64,000 nucleotides of DNA, from contig CAXWPH010000012.1 in assembly GCA_963666055.2 (NCBI GenBank), positions 64,001-128,000 of the forward strand, read 5' to 3'. A program made the translations under genes and the position numbers. Every line of letters starts with the position of its first letter. Positions within the stretch are counted from its first letter, which is position 1. This stretch comes from Acidobacteriota bacterium. Lineage in GTDB: Bacteria; Acidobacteriota; UBA890; WLXD01. This document shows, one piece after another, positions 36,296 through 46,635 of this stretch. A model generated the notes under the pieces. The model saw only the letters and a program-made list of their open reading frames with translations. It was not told the DNA's origin and searched no databases.

Positions 36296-37690
36296 TCAGG
36301 GGCCGCCGCCGCCGGCAACTACGGCGGTGCGGGCCGCCTGTCCGGCACGCAGCTTGTTGAACCAGCGATCGCGCTGTTCGACAAACCCATCCCAGTTAGC
36401 CGGAGGAATGGGATCAGCGGATGGTAGCTGAAGCCTCGCCGGATCAACGTAGCGGTCGCCCTGCTCGAGGCCGTAGTGCAGGTGATACCCCGTGGCGTTA
36501 CCGCTCCTGCCGACATATCCGATGGTCTGCCCCTGCTTGACCTGGACGCCCCGCTTGATGCCGCTGTGGATTCGCGACATGTGCATGTAGACCGAGCTGT
36601 ACGAGCCACCGTGTCTGATCTTCACGTAGCGGCCTGGCTCGCGGCCGTATGCGGCCTCCTGGATCACGCCGTCCGCGGTGGCAACGATTTCCGTCCCCGG
36701 ATCGGCGACATAGTCCACACCGCGGTGAGCGCGCGCCACGCCGGTAACCGGATGAACGCGTCGCAGGCTGAAGCGAGAGCTGATGCGTGTGAAGCGCACC
36801 GGAGACCGGAGGAACGCGCGGCGTAACGAGGCGCCCTCTGGCGTGAAGTACTGGTCGTTGCCTTCTGCACCGAGATATCGCACTACCGGGAGCGTACGAC
36901 CGCCGACCTTGAACTCCGACGCCAGAACTCGCCCATAGCCGAGGAACTGATCCTCCACGAAGCGCTCCTCGACGACCAGGTCGAGCCGGTCGCCGACTTG
37001 TAGGTCGTAGTTGAAGTCGACGTCCCATCCATAGAGGTCACCGATCTTCAGCAACAGGTCGTTGATCGAGCGTCCGGGCGGAGCGTTGTGAGCGAGCGCC
37101 GAGTGCAGGTTGTTGACGATCTCGGCGGTGACGAACGCCGGACGGATCTCCACGGGAATGACCACCTTGCTGGTTGTCCACTCCGGGCCTTCGCGCGCCA
37201 CGAACCAGGCCGTCTGGCGGTCGACTTGATAGCGCATTGCCGCCAGCTTGTCGTCGGCGTCGAAGTAAAGGTGGTACTCCTGACCTGGACGGATGCGACG
37301 CAGGTCGATCGAATCGGACGCCGCGCGCACCACCGCGGCCGAGGTATTGGCACTGACCCCGGCTCGCCGCAGCTCGCCATCGAGCGTGTTGCCGCTGGCG
37401 AACCGCTCGTGAACTACACGTTGAGCCGTGAGTGCCACCGACTGCGGCCATGGGCGTGGCACCTCGGGCGCCGGGAAGATGGCGCTGGTCAACGGCGCGT
37501 ATGGCGACGAGATCGGCTTCGCGGGCAGCACCAGCAGCGCTGCCCAGCCGAGAAGCACCGCCCCCAGCGTGGCGACCGGCCACCGTAACGCCAAGTCGTT
37601 GTCGGACTCGTAGGTCAGCCGCAGGCGCACAGATTTGAACGCATCGATGGTGAGGCGCAATTTCAGGCTCTGGCGCTGCGGTGAGGGCAA
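36296..37690 (-). CDS. M23 family peptidoglycan DD-endopeptidase (MepM-like)
   Basis: N-terminal TM, FLRSP, HRGVDY (HxxxD) and ATGYHLHY (HxH); start uncertain. Confidence 0.9.
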   Translation of the reverse strand: MPSPQRQSLKLRLTIDAFKSVRLRLTYESDNDLALRWPVATLGAVLLGWAALLVLPAKPISSPYAPLTSAIFPAPEVPRPWPQSVALTAQRVVHERFASGNTLDGELRRAGVSANTSAAVVRAASDSIDLRRIRPGQEYHLYFDADDKLAAMRYQVDRQTAWFVAREGPEWTTSKVVIPVEIRPAFVTAEIVNNLHSALAHNAPPGRSINDLLLKIGDLYGWDVDFNYDLQVGDRLDLVVEERFVEDQFLGYGRVLASEFKVGGRTLPVVRYLGAEGNDQYFTPEGASLRRAFLRSPVRFTRISSRFSLRRVHPVTGVARAHRGVDYVADPGTEIVATADGVIQEAAYGREPGRYVKIRHGGSYSSVYMHMSRIHSGIKRGVQVKQGQTIGYVGRSGNATGYHLHYGLEQGDRYVDPARLQLPSADPIPPANWDGFVEQRDRWFNKLRAGQAARTAVVAGGGGP

Positions 37691-37904
37691 ATGAACTCAG
37701 CCGATGCAAGGCGGTGGGGGTTGCGTTGCGAATCGCGGCACCAATTATATGGTGGCGCCCACGACACGCAACTCTGGCAGAGCCGCACCGCGTAGTTGGT
37801 CGAGAGGGGGCGAAGGGCGCGAGGGGTATTGCTTCTCCTACGCCGGAGTTGCTTCAATGGCACATGTGACGGTGAGTTCTTCCTGCGAGTGAGAGGTTCA
37901 AGAC

Positions 37905-39116
37905 GTGTCAGCACGGAAAATAGCTCTGGCTGTGGCCGGCTTCGCGCTTACTTGCGGACTGCACGGCAGTGTCGCCGCGCAGCCGGCCTTGGTACAGGAG
38001 AGCGGCAACCGTTTCCAGGACCTGCTGCCGCTTGACGACTTCTCACCGGCCCTCCTCGGGATCTACCGCAAGATGATGGAGATCGAGGACGTGATCAAGG
38101 GGCACGCCGACCGCTACGGGGTTGACTACGAGCTCGCCCGCGCAACTTGCATGTATGAGTCGGGCGGTAACGCGAACCTGACCTCCTGGGCAGGCGCCAA
38201 AGGTTATTTCCAGGTGATGCCCGCGACCTTCCGCTCGCTTCGCGTGGAAACCAACATCGAGGCCGGCATCAAGTACATCGGCCAGATGGTGGAACGGTTC
38301 GATCGCGAGGACTACGCGCTGGCGGCCTACAACGGGGGCCCGACCAGCGTCGGTCGCAGTCGACCAATGCGACTCGAGTCGCTGCAGTACGTGCTCGGCG
38401 TCGGCTACTACCGCACCATGCTGAAGCTCCACGAGCGCTCAATTCGGCAACATGCCTCCGCATTGGGGCTCACTACTGTGGGGCAGGGGGAGGACTGGTG
38501 GGCGCTCTCGGAGCGACTCGGTCTCACCCTCCTGCAGTTGCGATTGCATAACCCGTACCTGGCACGGCGAACCCTGCGCGAAGGGCAGCTGATCGCCTAC
38601 CCGCCGGCACCTCGTAACAACCTTTATCGGGTCGACGGCACTTTCCTGGAGTACCGCTCGCGGCTCGGCGACAACTACTTCAACATCGCCTTCTCGCTCG
38701 ACATCGACCTCGATGAACTGCGGGCGGAGAACTCGCTCTGGCACCTGCAAACGCTTGCCGCCGGAACGTTGCTCAGGATCCCACTCAGCTGGGAGAGCGA
38801 TCACAAGATACGCGAGGTCAAACCGAACGAGACCTTGGCCGAGATCGCCGAGGACACGGACTCCAGCCCGTGGCGCTTGGTGCGCGACAACGGCCTGTGG
38901 AGCCAGACCGTCACCCCGGGCACGCTGTTGCGTGTGCGGACCGTTCCGGCGCGGCCCGCCTACGTCGTCCATCGCGTTACTCGGGGCGAGAATCTGACCA
39001 CCATCTCGCGGCGCTACGGGGCTACGATCGCCGCGATCCAAGGGGCTAACAACATGGGGCGCCGGACGGTTATCCGAATCGGCCAGCAGCTGCGGATTCC
39101 GAGTCGAGCGAGGTAG
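37905..39116 (+). CDS. Lytic transglycosylase (SLT) with multiple LysM domains
   Basis: Signal peptide, YESGG, AKGYFQVMP.T, LAAYNGG; C-terminal LysM (HRVTRGENLTTISRRYG) and degenerate LysM repeats. Confidence 0.82.
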   Translation: MSARKIALAVAGFALTCGLHGSVAAQPALVQESGNRFQDLLPLDDFSPALLGIYRKMMEIEDVIKGHADRYGVDYELARATCMYESGGNANLTSWAGAKGYFQVMPATFRSLRVETNIEAGIKYIGQMVERFDREDYALAAYNGGPTSVGRSRPMRLESLQYVLGVGYYRTMLKLHERSIRQHASALGLTTVGQGEDWWALSERLGLTLLQLRLHNPYLARRTLREGQLIAYPPAPRNNLYRVDGTFLEYRSRLGDNYFNIAFSLDIDLDELRAENSLWHLQTLAAGTLLRIPLSWESDHKIREVKPNETLAEIAEDTDSSPWRLVRDNGLWSQTVTPGTLLRVRTVPARPAYVVHRVTRGENLTTISRRYGATIAAIQGANNMGRRTVIRIGQQLRIPSRAR

Positions 39117-39219
39117 GGATCTGCGCCTCGCTTTCGACGGCCACCTTGGCCCAGCATCGCCTTGGCCTGACAATCGCGGCCGTGGCCTCTTTCGGGGGCG
39201 CTCTTTCTCTTCTTGTTTT

Positions 39220-40716
39220 ATGATAAAGAACCTTATGGAAACTAAACAACTCGACCCTGCACGCCGCTGCGGCCGACCGTCCTGCAGGTGGCGTCTCACC
39301 CTCATGACCGCCGCTACCCTGGTGCTCACAGGCCCCCTGGTGGCCCAGGAAGCGCCGCCGACGTTCTTTGGCGGCATCCAGGTCAACGAACCCGACCACG
39401 ATCGCTGGATGGCAGCGCTCGCCGACGCCGGCCTCGACTCTGTCCAGGTCACCCTTTACGCCCGCCACCAGCGCTGGGACGAGGCGGCGCTCTACTGGGA
39501 TCGTGAGGCTCCCTGGGTGGTTTCCGAAATCCGCGCCGCGAAACGCGCCGGGTTGCGGGTCATGTTGGTGATGCGCATCGCCCTCGAGCACGGCCTCGCC
39601 GCCAATCGCCATCTGTGGCACGGGATGATCTGGCCACGCCAGGATCAGCTACAGGCTTGGTTTGATAGCTATTCCGAGTTCGCGCTCTGGGGAGCCGGCA
39701 TCGCCGCGCAAGAGGATGTCGACCTGTTCGTGATCGGCAACGAGCTCAGCTCGCTGACCTCTACGACGCTGCTCGAGGCCCTCCCCGAGCTTTACGCATA
39801 TTTTCTCGACCCGGTCAGCGTGGGGGCCGTCCGCGACGATCTTCTTCGCTGCGCGGCGCGTGCTGAAGCGGGCGGGCTGGCGCATCTCGACGGGGGGCGC
39901 GCTGACGATCTCGAGACCGTTCTCCGAAACGAGGAGCGCGTGCGCCGCGCCTGGACGCTACAGACGCTCGGAGGCTCCGGCGTGGGTCTGGAGCGTCTGA
40001 ACTCCCGCCGGGCGCGCTACGAGGCCTTCTGGCGCGATCTCGTGACGCAGGTGCGCCGGCGCTACAACGGCTTGGTGAGTTACGGCGCCAACTTCGATCA
40101 GTTCCAGGAGGTCGGATTCTGGGACGTTCTCGACTTCGTAGCGGTCAACGCTTACTTCCCGCTGAGCGTCTATGGCCTCGAGCCTGAGGCACGCGTCGAC
40201 CGTATGGCGAGCGCCTGGCGCCGTATCGCCGCCGAGCTGGCGCTGGTTGGCGACTCCCGCCCCGTGGTCTTGGTCGAGCTGGGGTGGACCCGGCGGCTCG
40301 GCAGTACCGTCCGCCCGTACTCCTATGACCGCCTCGAGGTGCTCGAAACAGCGGGTACAGACGACAGGCGGACCTGCGTCTATTGGGACTCGCAGCCCAA
40401 CGACGCTGGCGAGCGCGTGGCGGCGTTGCAGGCGCTCGCCGACGTGGTGCGCTCCGGTGGCTTCCAGACTTTGCGCGGCTTCACACTCTGGAAGCTGACC
40501 ACGCGCGTCGAGGATCGCGCCATCGAGCCCTTCGCGGCCTTCTTGCAACCGGGGTCCGGCTACCCGCACATCGGATGGCGGGACTTGACCACGAGCCAAC
40601 ACGACGAGCTCGACGCCGCCTATGTGGGGCTCGCCGCCGCCATCGCCGGCGAGGTGCGAGGCCGCTCGGGTGGCTGGCATAATGACAATATCAATCTCGA
40701 AAACGGGCAGGAGTGA
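39220..40716 (+). CDS. Secreted TIM-barrel glycoside hydrolase-like protein (GH113-like)
   Basis: Signal peptide, IGNEL, YGANFD, FWDVLDFVAVNAYFPL and VELGW motifs typical of clan GH-A folds; start may be near 39304. Confidence 0.6.
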   Translation: MIKNLMETKQLDPARRCGRPSCRWRLTLMTAATLVLTGPLVAQEAPPTFFGGIQVNEPDHDRWMAALADAGLDSVQVTLYARHQRWDEAALYWDREAPWVVSEIRAAKRAGLRVMLVMRIALEHGLAANRHLWHGMIWPRQDQLQAWFDSYSEFALWGAGIAAQEDVDLFVIGNELSSLTSTTLLEALPELYAYFLDPVSVGAVRDDLLRCAARAEAGGLAHLDGGRADDLETVLRNEERVRRAWTLQTLGGSGVGLERLNSRRARYEAFWRDLVTQVRRRYNGLVSYGANFDQFQEVGFWDVLDFVAVNAYFPLSVYGLEPEARVDRMASAWRRIAAELALVGDSRPVVLVELGWTRRLGSTVRPYSYDRLEVLETAGTDDRRTCVYWDSQPNDAGERVAALQALADVVRSGGFQTLRGFTLWKLTTRVEDRAIEPFAAFLQPGSGYPHIGWRDLTTSQHDELDAAYVGLAAAIAGEVRGRSGGWHNDNINLENGQE

Positions 40717-41144
40717 TGCGGTTGCGCAAAGGTCGAATGGTATTGATCGGTGTCGGAGGTTTCATCCTGCTAGCGGCTTCCACGCTGCTGCTGAGCGCCA
40801 ACAGCGAGACAGCGCCGCCGCGGCCTGTCACCCAGCAACAGGTCGATGCCCAGGTACTCGAGCTCGGCCGAGAGCTCTACACCGACCAGTGCCAGCCGTG
40901 TCACGGCGACGACGGCAAGGGCGCCGGCCCGGCGGCCCGGTTTCTGGCGACGCCGCCACGCGACCTCACCGCTGGCGTCTGGACCCATATGGAATCGACC
41001 ACCCTCGAAGAGATGATCGCGGCAACCGCGAAGGGTATCCCCGACACCGACATGGAACCCTTCGAGGAGCTGCTCACCGAGGACGAGATCTTCGCCGTCG
41101 CCGCCTACGTTCTGAAAGCCTTCACTGAGGAAGAGTCGCCCTAG
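40713..41144 (+). CDS. Monoheme c-type cytochrome
   Basis: N-terminal hydrophobic segment, CQPCH heme motif, G.G.GPAA..L..PPRDLT, GIP.T.M axial Met. Confidence 0.88.
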   Translation: MMRLRKGRMVLIGVGGFILLAASTLLLSANSETAPPRPVTQQQVDAQVLELGRELYTDQCQPCHGDDGKGAGPAARFLATPPRDLTAGVWTHMESTTLEEMIAATAKGIPDTDMEPFEELLTEDEIFAVAAYVLKAFTEEESP

Positions 41145-41316
41145 CAGGCCGTGGTGAAAGTGTGGTGGGTAACCCTTCGGGCGACAGGGGGTTGCGCGCG
41201 TATGCTGCGTCGTTCCTCGTCAACGATGGGGTAACCATCGCCTCCTCCTCTCTCCTTGCCTCCACTTCGCAAGACCCTGTCGCCAGACCCACCCCACTTT
41301 CACCAGGGCCTGCTAG
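41141..41316. mobile_element. MITE-like element, copy 3 (internal 103-bp deletion)
   Basis: Same ends and CTAG flanks as copy 1; lacks the segment equivalent to 10940-11042. Confidence 0.85.
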
Positions 41317-41401
41317 CCGGCCCTGGTGAAGCACGGGCCAGACTGATCGTCTTGGCGCGTCACCGGGAGCTGGCCGTACTTGACCTCCCGACGATCGGGT
41401 C

Positions 41402-41431
41402 TTGACAGTCCCACATGGTGGCGAACACAAT
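41402..41431 (+). promoter_or_regulatory. Putative sigma70 promoter of rho
   Basis: TTGACA (41402-41407), 18-nt spacer, CACAAT (41426-41431), about 170 nt upstream of the rho start. Confidence 0.55.
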
Positions 41432-41598
41432 GGCCTCAATCGGCCAGGCGCCCAGGTTTCTCAACACGGTCGGCGCCGGCCCCTCCCGAGTCACTGCCCG
41501 CCCGGATCGAGTGTGTCCGAGCGCCATCGGGTCGCTGAGCTTTCCGCGAATCACGAGAGGAGCGCGATCCGACTTTCTCCCAACCGGGGCTTCACTCC

Positions 41599-43002
41599 AT
41601 GACAGAGCAGCAACAACGGCAGCGCCGGCGGCGCGGTCGGCGGCGCTCCCGCGGTGGCCGCGGAAGGCGTCGCGGCCAACCGAACCAGCCACAGAATTTC
41701 ACCCCGCCGCGCGACGAGGACACGGCGCTGCTGCTGCAGGACACGCATAGCGTCGACGATCTGATGGAGGCACGCCCGGCAGCGCTGCTAGAGATTGCCC
41801 GCGAGCTCAAGGTGGAGAATCCCACCGAGCTCGAGGCCGAGGCGCTGATCGAGGCCTGCCTGCGCGCCCAAGCCAAAGAGAACGGCCTGGTTTACAAGCA
41901 AGGGGTGCTTGAACGCCTGCCCGACGGCTACGGGTTCATCCGTTCCGCGGAGCACTCATACCTGCCCGGGCCCGAGGACGTCTACGTCTCCCCTACCCAG
42001 ATCCGGCGTTTCAATCTGCTCACCGGGGATACACTCGCCGGCAGCATCAGGCAACCGAAACAAGGTGAGAAGTACTTCGCGCTGGTGCAGATCGATTCCA
42101 TCAACTACGACACCCCGAACAAAGCGCTCGATCGCACCCTGTTCAAGAGCCTGACGCCCTATCACCCAGAGCGCCAAATCAAGGTCGAGATACCTGGCGA
42201 CGACCTCATCGGCCGCGTCATCGACCTGCTGAGCCCGCTGGGGTTCGGGCAGCGGGCGCTGATCGTCTCGCCGCCGCGTGCGGGCAAGACAATTCTGCTG
42301 CAGGCCATCGCCAAGGCGCTCGCACACAACCACCCCGACGTAAAGCTCATCGTCTTGCTGCTCGACGAGCGACCCGAAGAGGTCACCGACATGCGGCGGT
42401 CGGTACGCGGCGAGGTCGTATACTCGACGTTCGACGAGCCCGCCAGTCGTCACACGGCGGTTGGCGAGATCGTGCTCGAAAAGGCGCGCCGAATGGTTGA
42501 GAGCGGGCACGATGTGGTGATTCTCCTGGACTCGCTCACGCGGCTAGCCCGCGCCCACAACACCGTCACCCCATCGTCGGGTCGTGTGCTGACCGGCGGC
42601 GTCGATGCTAACGCTCTGGAGAAACCGAAGAAGTTCTTCGGGTCGGCCCGCGCGGTGGAGGAAGGGGGCTCGTTGACTATTGTCGCGACCGCGCTGATCG
42701 AAACCGGCAGCCGCATGGATGAGGTGATCTTCGAGGAGTTCAAGGGCACGGGTAACTCCGAGATCGTGTTGGACCGCAAGCTCGCCGACAAGCGCATCTT
42801 CCCGGCTATCGAGATCAACAAGTCAGGCACTCGCAAGGAAGAGCTGCTACTGGACCCTGTCGACCTGCAGCGCATCTGGATGCTGCGCAAGGCGCTGGCG
42901 GCGGTGCCGGCAGACGAGGCCATGGAGCTCCTGCTCAAGCGTCTGCGGCAGACCGAGAGCAATCGTGACTTCCTCGAGACCCTCCATGAGGGCATGGGCT
43001 GA
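41599..43002 (+). CDS. rho: Transcription termination factor Rho
   Basis: [35 protein letters not shown] and [11 protein letters not shown] motifs. Confidence 0.96.
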   Translation: MTEQQQRQRRRRGRRRSRGGRGRRRGQPNQPQNFTPPRDEDTALLLQDTHSVDDLMEARPAALLEIARELKVENPTELEAEALIEACLRAQAKENGLVYKQGVLERLPDGYGFIRSAEHSYLPGPEDVYVSPTQIRRFNLLTGDTLAGSIRQPKQGEKYFALVQIDSINYDTPNKALDRTLFKSLTPYHPERQIKVEIPGDDLIGRVIDLLSPLGFGQRALIVSPPRAGKTILLQAIAKALAHNHPDVKLIVLLLDERPEEVTDMRRSVRGEVVYSTFDEPASRHTAVGEIVLEKARRMVESGHDVVILLDSLTRLARAHNTVTPSSGRVLTGGVDANALEKPKKFFGSARAVEEGGSLTIVATALIETGSRMDEVIFEEFKGTGNSEIVLDRKLADKRIFPAIEINKSGTRKEELLLDPVDLQRIWMLRKALAAVPADEAMELLLKRLRQTESNRDFLETLHEGMG

Positions 43003-43072
43003 GCGCTGAGCCTTCGCGATGAGGACAATCCCACCGCCTGGACTGAGCAAGCAATCCGGAGGGGACTGAGTC

Positions 43073-43639
43073 GTGCTGTGGGCGTTCGGCCTCCTCGCGG
43101 CCTTCCTGATAGCCGGGTCGGTAATTCTCTACAACCGCCTCGTCGGGCTGCAGAAGCGCGCCGAGGGCGCCTGGGCCGATATCGATGCCCAGCTCAAGCG
43201 TCGCCACGACGTCGTACCGGCACTGGTCGAAGTCGTGAAGGGTTACGCGGCGCACGAGAAGGGCACCCTCGAGGCGGTGACCCGAATGCGCACGGAGGCC
43301 CAGCAGGTCGAGGGACGACGCCTTCCTGACGCGGATGCATCGCAGATCGAGAACGGCCTCGTGGGGGCCCTGCGTGGCCTGTTCGCGCTCGCCGAGGCCT
43401 ACCCAGAGATCCAGGCCAACGAACGCTATGGAACGCTGCAGCGGCAACTCTCGGAGATCGAGGACGACTTGCAGTCGGCGCGACGCTACTACAACGCCGT
43501 GATTCGTGACCACAACACCGCGATCGCCAGCTTTCCGGCAATTCTGCTGGCTTCGCCCATGGGGTTCCCAGCACGCGAGTTTTTCGAAGTAGACAGCCCT
43601 CTCGAGCGCCAGGCGGTACGGGTGAATCTGGATGCGTAG
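43073..43639 (+). CDS. lemA: LemA family protein
   Basis: YN.LV, AW.DID.QLKRRHD, EAYPE and ARRYYN motifs. Confidence 0.9.
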   Translation: MLWAFGLLAAFLIAGSVILYNRLVGLQKRAEGAWADIDAQLKRRHDVVPALVEVVKGYAAHEKGTLEAVTRMRTEAQQVEGRRLPDADASQIENGLVGALRGLFALAEAYPEIQANERYGTLQRQLSEIEDDLQSARRYYNAVIRDHNTAIASFPAILLASPMGFPAREFFEVDSPLERQAVRVNLDA

Positions 43640-45362
43640 GCAGAGCGTGGCCCTGGCGGCGTTCCTCCTGGTGCTTACCTCGTGCATCGTACCGGGCGTG
43701 GTATCGGCTCAGGGTCGCCAATACTGGGTCGAGTCTTTCGAGGCCGACATCCGCGTCCTGGAGAACGGCCAGATCGATGTCACCGAGCGCCTCACGTTTC
43801 ATTTCGAGGGTTCGTTCAACGGTATTTATCGAGACATTCCGATCAAGTACGAAACGCCCTGGGGACTTGACTACAGGCTGCGCTTGGAGCCCTTGGCGGT
43901 CACCACACCGAACGGAGCTACTCTGCGCCACGAGGCAGGTGCCAGCGGCGACGACCTTCGCTTCAAAGTCTGGGTTCCAAATGCCAACAACGCCTCTCGC
44001 ACCGTAGTCCTGCGCTACCGGGTTAGTCGCGCACTGCGATTTCCAGATACGGAAGAGGGTTTCGAGTCGCACGACCAGCTCTACTGGAATGTGACCGGCA
44101 TGGGTTGGACGGTGCCTATCCTGTCGGCAACGGCACAGATCAGCCTGCCAGAGGGCCTCCGCCAACCGCCATGGACCCTGGCCCACACCGGTCCCTATGG
44201 AGCTCGAGCGCACGAGGCCGACATCGAGAACCTCGCCATCAATTCAGTGCGCATCAGCACTCGTGGCCGACTAGAGCCCGGCGAGGGACTTACCGTAGTC
44301 GTCGGCTGGCCGTCGGGGCTCATCTATCGGCCGACAGTCGTCGATCAGGCGCGCGATCTCTTGGCCGACAACTGGCCCCTCGGCCTGCCATTCCTGGCGT
44401 TCTTCGGGATGTTCCTGGTTCACCGGCGGCGCGGGCGCGACCCGCAGATCGGGCAATCGGTAATGGTTCGCTACGAGCCGCCAGAGGGCTTTCTGCCGGC
44501 CGAGCTAGGTACCCTGATCGACGAGAAGGTCGACCTGCGCGACATCGTGGCGACGGTCATCGATCTGGCGGTACGCGGCTACCTCAAGATCGAGGAGACC
44601 GACGAGCCCGGTTGGTTGAGCAATACCACCAAGACCACCTTCGAGCGCTTGAAGCCGGCCGACGAGGCGCTACGCGCGTATGAGAAGTCGGTGCTCGAGG
44701 GCCTCTTCGAGAGTGGCGAGCGCGTCGCCATGGAAGATCTGAAGAGCAGCTTCTACACCCGCATTGGCGACATCAAGAACGAACTCTACGGCAGCATGAC
44801 CGAACGTGGCCTGTTTCGGTCGCGACCTGATCGCGCGCGTACGAACTGGATTGTCCTGGCGGTGGTGTCGCTGTTGCCAATGATCCTGCTCGCCGTCTTG
44901 CTGCAGAAGCCGGCGATGGCAATCGCCGCACCGTTTGTGGCGCTGGCCATCGGGGTGTTCGCACCGTTCATGCCCGCCCGAACCGTGAAGGGGCGCAGGA
45001 CCTTCGTTGCACTGCAAGGCTTCGAGGAATTCCTCGGCCGTACCGAGGCCGACCGCTTCAAGGCCCACGGTATTTCCGAGACCGCCTTCGAGCGCTACCT
45101 TCCGTACGCCATGGCTTTCGGCGTCGCCGACCACTGGGCGAAGCTGTTCGAAGGAATTCTGCGCCAGCCGCCGACGTGGTACGCAGGCCCGACACCGCAT
45201 TTCAGCCCCTCGTTGTTCGGCGCGCGAATGGGGAGCATGGGATCAGCGCTGGGGACGGCGCTCGCCACCCAGCCCCGCAGCAGCAGCGGAAGCTCTGGCT
45301 TCTCCGGCGGCGGAGGGTTCTCGGGCGGTGGCTTCGGCGGAGGCGGCGGCGGCGCCTTCTAG
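43632..45362 (+). CDS. DUF2207 family membrane protein
   Basis: GIYRDIP, LYWNVTG, DLAVRGYLKI, YLPYAMAFG and Gly/Ser-rich C-terminus; typical partner of lemA. Confidence 0.85.
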   Translation: MRRQSVALAAFLLVLTSCIVPGVVSAQGRQYWVESFEADIRVLENGQIDVTERLTFHFEGSFNGIYRDIPIKYETPWGLDYRLRLEPLAVTTPNGATLRHEAGASGDDLRFKVWVPNANNASRTVVLRYRVSRALRFPDTEEGFESHDQLYWNVTGMGWTVPILSATAQISLPEGLRQPPWTLAHTGPYGARAHEADIENLAINSVRISTRGRLEPGEGLTVVVGWPSGLIYRPTVVDQARDLLADNWPLGLPFLAFFGMFLVHRRRGRDPQIGQSVMVRYEPPEGFLPAELGTLIDEKVDLRDIVATVIDLAVRGYLKIEETDEPGWLSNTTKTTFERLKPADEALRAYEKSVLEGLFESGERVAMEDLKSSFYTRIGDIKNELYGSMTERGLFRSRPDRARTNWIVLAVVSLLPMILLAVLLQKPAMAIAAPFVALAIGVFAPFMPARTVKGRRTFVALQGFEEFLGRTEADRFKAHGISETAFERYLPYAMAFGVADHWAKLFEGILRQPPTWYAGPTPHFSPSLFGARMGSMGSALGTALATQPRSSSGSSGFSGGGGFSGGGFGGGGGGAF

Positions 45363-46480
45363 TGGCCTGAGTCAGGAATACCAGAGAGGCCTCTGCCGAC
45401 CTCGAAGGGCAATCGCGACGCCACCGAGTTGTCCGAGTGCACGCGACCCTCTCCTGGGGAGTGATACAAGTCGAGGTATAGCTGAAGGTCCGAGACGGTC
45501 CGCAGGCCGTGGCTTGCCTGCGTGCCGAAGAACACCGCATGCCGATACGCGGGCTTCACGAGAAAACAGTTGGCACCGTGACCGGCTGGTCGCAAGCCCA
45601 GCACCCGACGCCACGTGTCCAGCGTCTTCTCCAGGTCTCCGTTGAGATCGGGAACGTACACGTGCAGCTCGAACGGTAGCCGCCGTTGGTGTGGCTTCAG
45701 CTGCAAGGCGTGTACGGCCGACTCGAGGGTCAGCGCGTAGCGATCCGACAGGTCCGCGTCTACCGTCCGGAGACGCTGCAGGGCAGCTTCGGGATCCTGG
45801 TCGCGCAGCTGGTAAGGAAACACCTCGTTAGTCTCGAAGGCGTACTCGGCGAGCCAGGCGGCCAGCAACCGCTGCGGCCGCACTAGCCTCGAGCCGCCGC
45901 CACGCTGGCGCTCGATGTAGCCATCCGTGGCCATCTGTTGGAGGATCTGCGAAACCCAGCCGAGGCTCAGATCACCATGTTCGGCAATCTCGCGTGTGGT
46001 AAGCCAGTCACCGGGCCGCTGCATCATGACGCGCAGCGGGATCGTGGCCTTGTCGTGAAACAGCGTGCGGATCTGCTTGCGCTGCGTGAAACGATTACGG
46101 TTGCCGATGATCTGTACGAAGACGCTGTTGAACCGCAAGTACGCGTTGCCGGAGCAATCGAGGTACCCGATGCCCGCTTCTCGACACAGACGGGCGCCGG
46201 CTGCCCCCATATGCGGCACGATGACCCCGGCCCCGGTGCCCGGCTTGGCGGCAATGCGACGCACTCGGGGTAGCAACCCACGGAGCTGGCGAGGCTCGCC
46301 CGAGGCAAGCGGGAGGTATAGAAGTCTCCGGATCGCACCCGCCTGACCGAGAAGCTCCACCTCGATCATGCTTTGGTCTTCGGGCGCGGTCCCGACGCGC
46401 ACGCCGGTTACCAGAATCTCGGGGACGACCTCTCGCCAGTTGCCCAGGAAGTAGGAACGTACCTCGCTTGCATTCCTCAT
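45359..46480 (-). CDS. AbiEi-like (type IV TA antitoxin family) wHTH regulator
   Basis: GIGYLDCSGNAYL, central HTH (TTREIAEHGDLSLGWVSQIL) and VSDLQLYLDL motifs. Confidence 0.65.
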   Translation of the reverse strand: MRNASEVRSYFLGNWREVVPEILVTGVRVGTAPEDQSMIEVELLGQAGAIRRLLYLPLASGEPRQLRGLLPRVRRIAAKPGTGAGVIVPHMGAAGARLCREAGIGYLDCSGNAYLRFNSVFVQIIGNRNRFTQRKQIRTLFHDKATIPLRVMMQRPGDWLTTREIAEHGDLSLGWVSQILQQMATDGYIERQRGGGSRLVRPQRLLAAWLAEYAFETNEVFPYQLRDQDPEAALQRLRTVDADLSDRYALTLESAVHALQLKPHQRRLPFELHVYVPDLNGDLEKTLDTWRRVLGLRPAGHGANCFLVKPAYRHAVFFGTQASHGLRTVSDLQLYLDLYHSPGEGRVHSDNSVASRLPFEVGRGLSGIPDSGH

Positions 46481-46635
46481 CGGGCGGTGGATCCGGGAGC
46501 AGAACGGTCAGTAACACGAGATGAACGGCGTGCCGACATAGAGGCGCGTTTATAGCAAGAAGCGCCAGCGGCCGCCAGCCGACTTATGGCTCTGGCGAGG
46601 GTTCGAGGCCAGATGAGGTCGAATTTCTCGTTTTG

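Noticed and set aside
45275-45358. GGC-rich tandem repeats
   Set aside because: They encode the normal Gly/Ser tail of DUF2207 proteins
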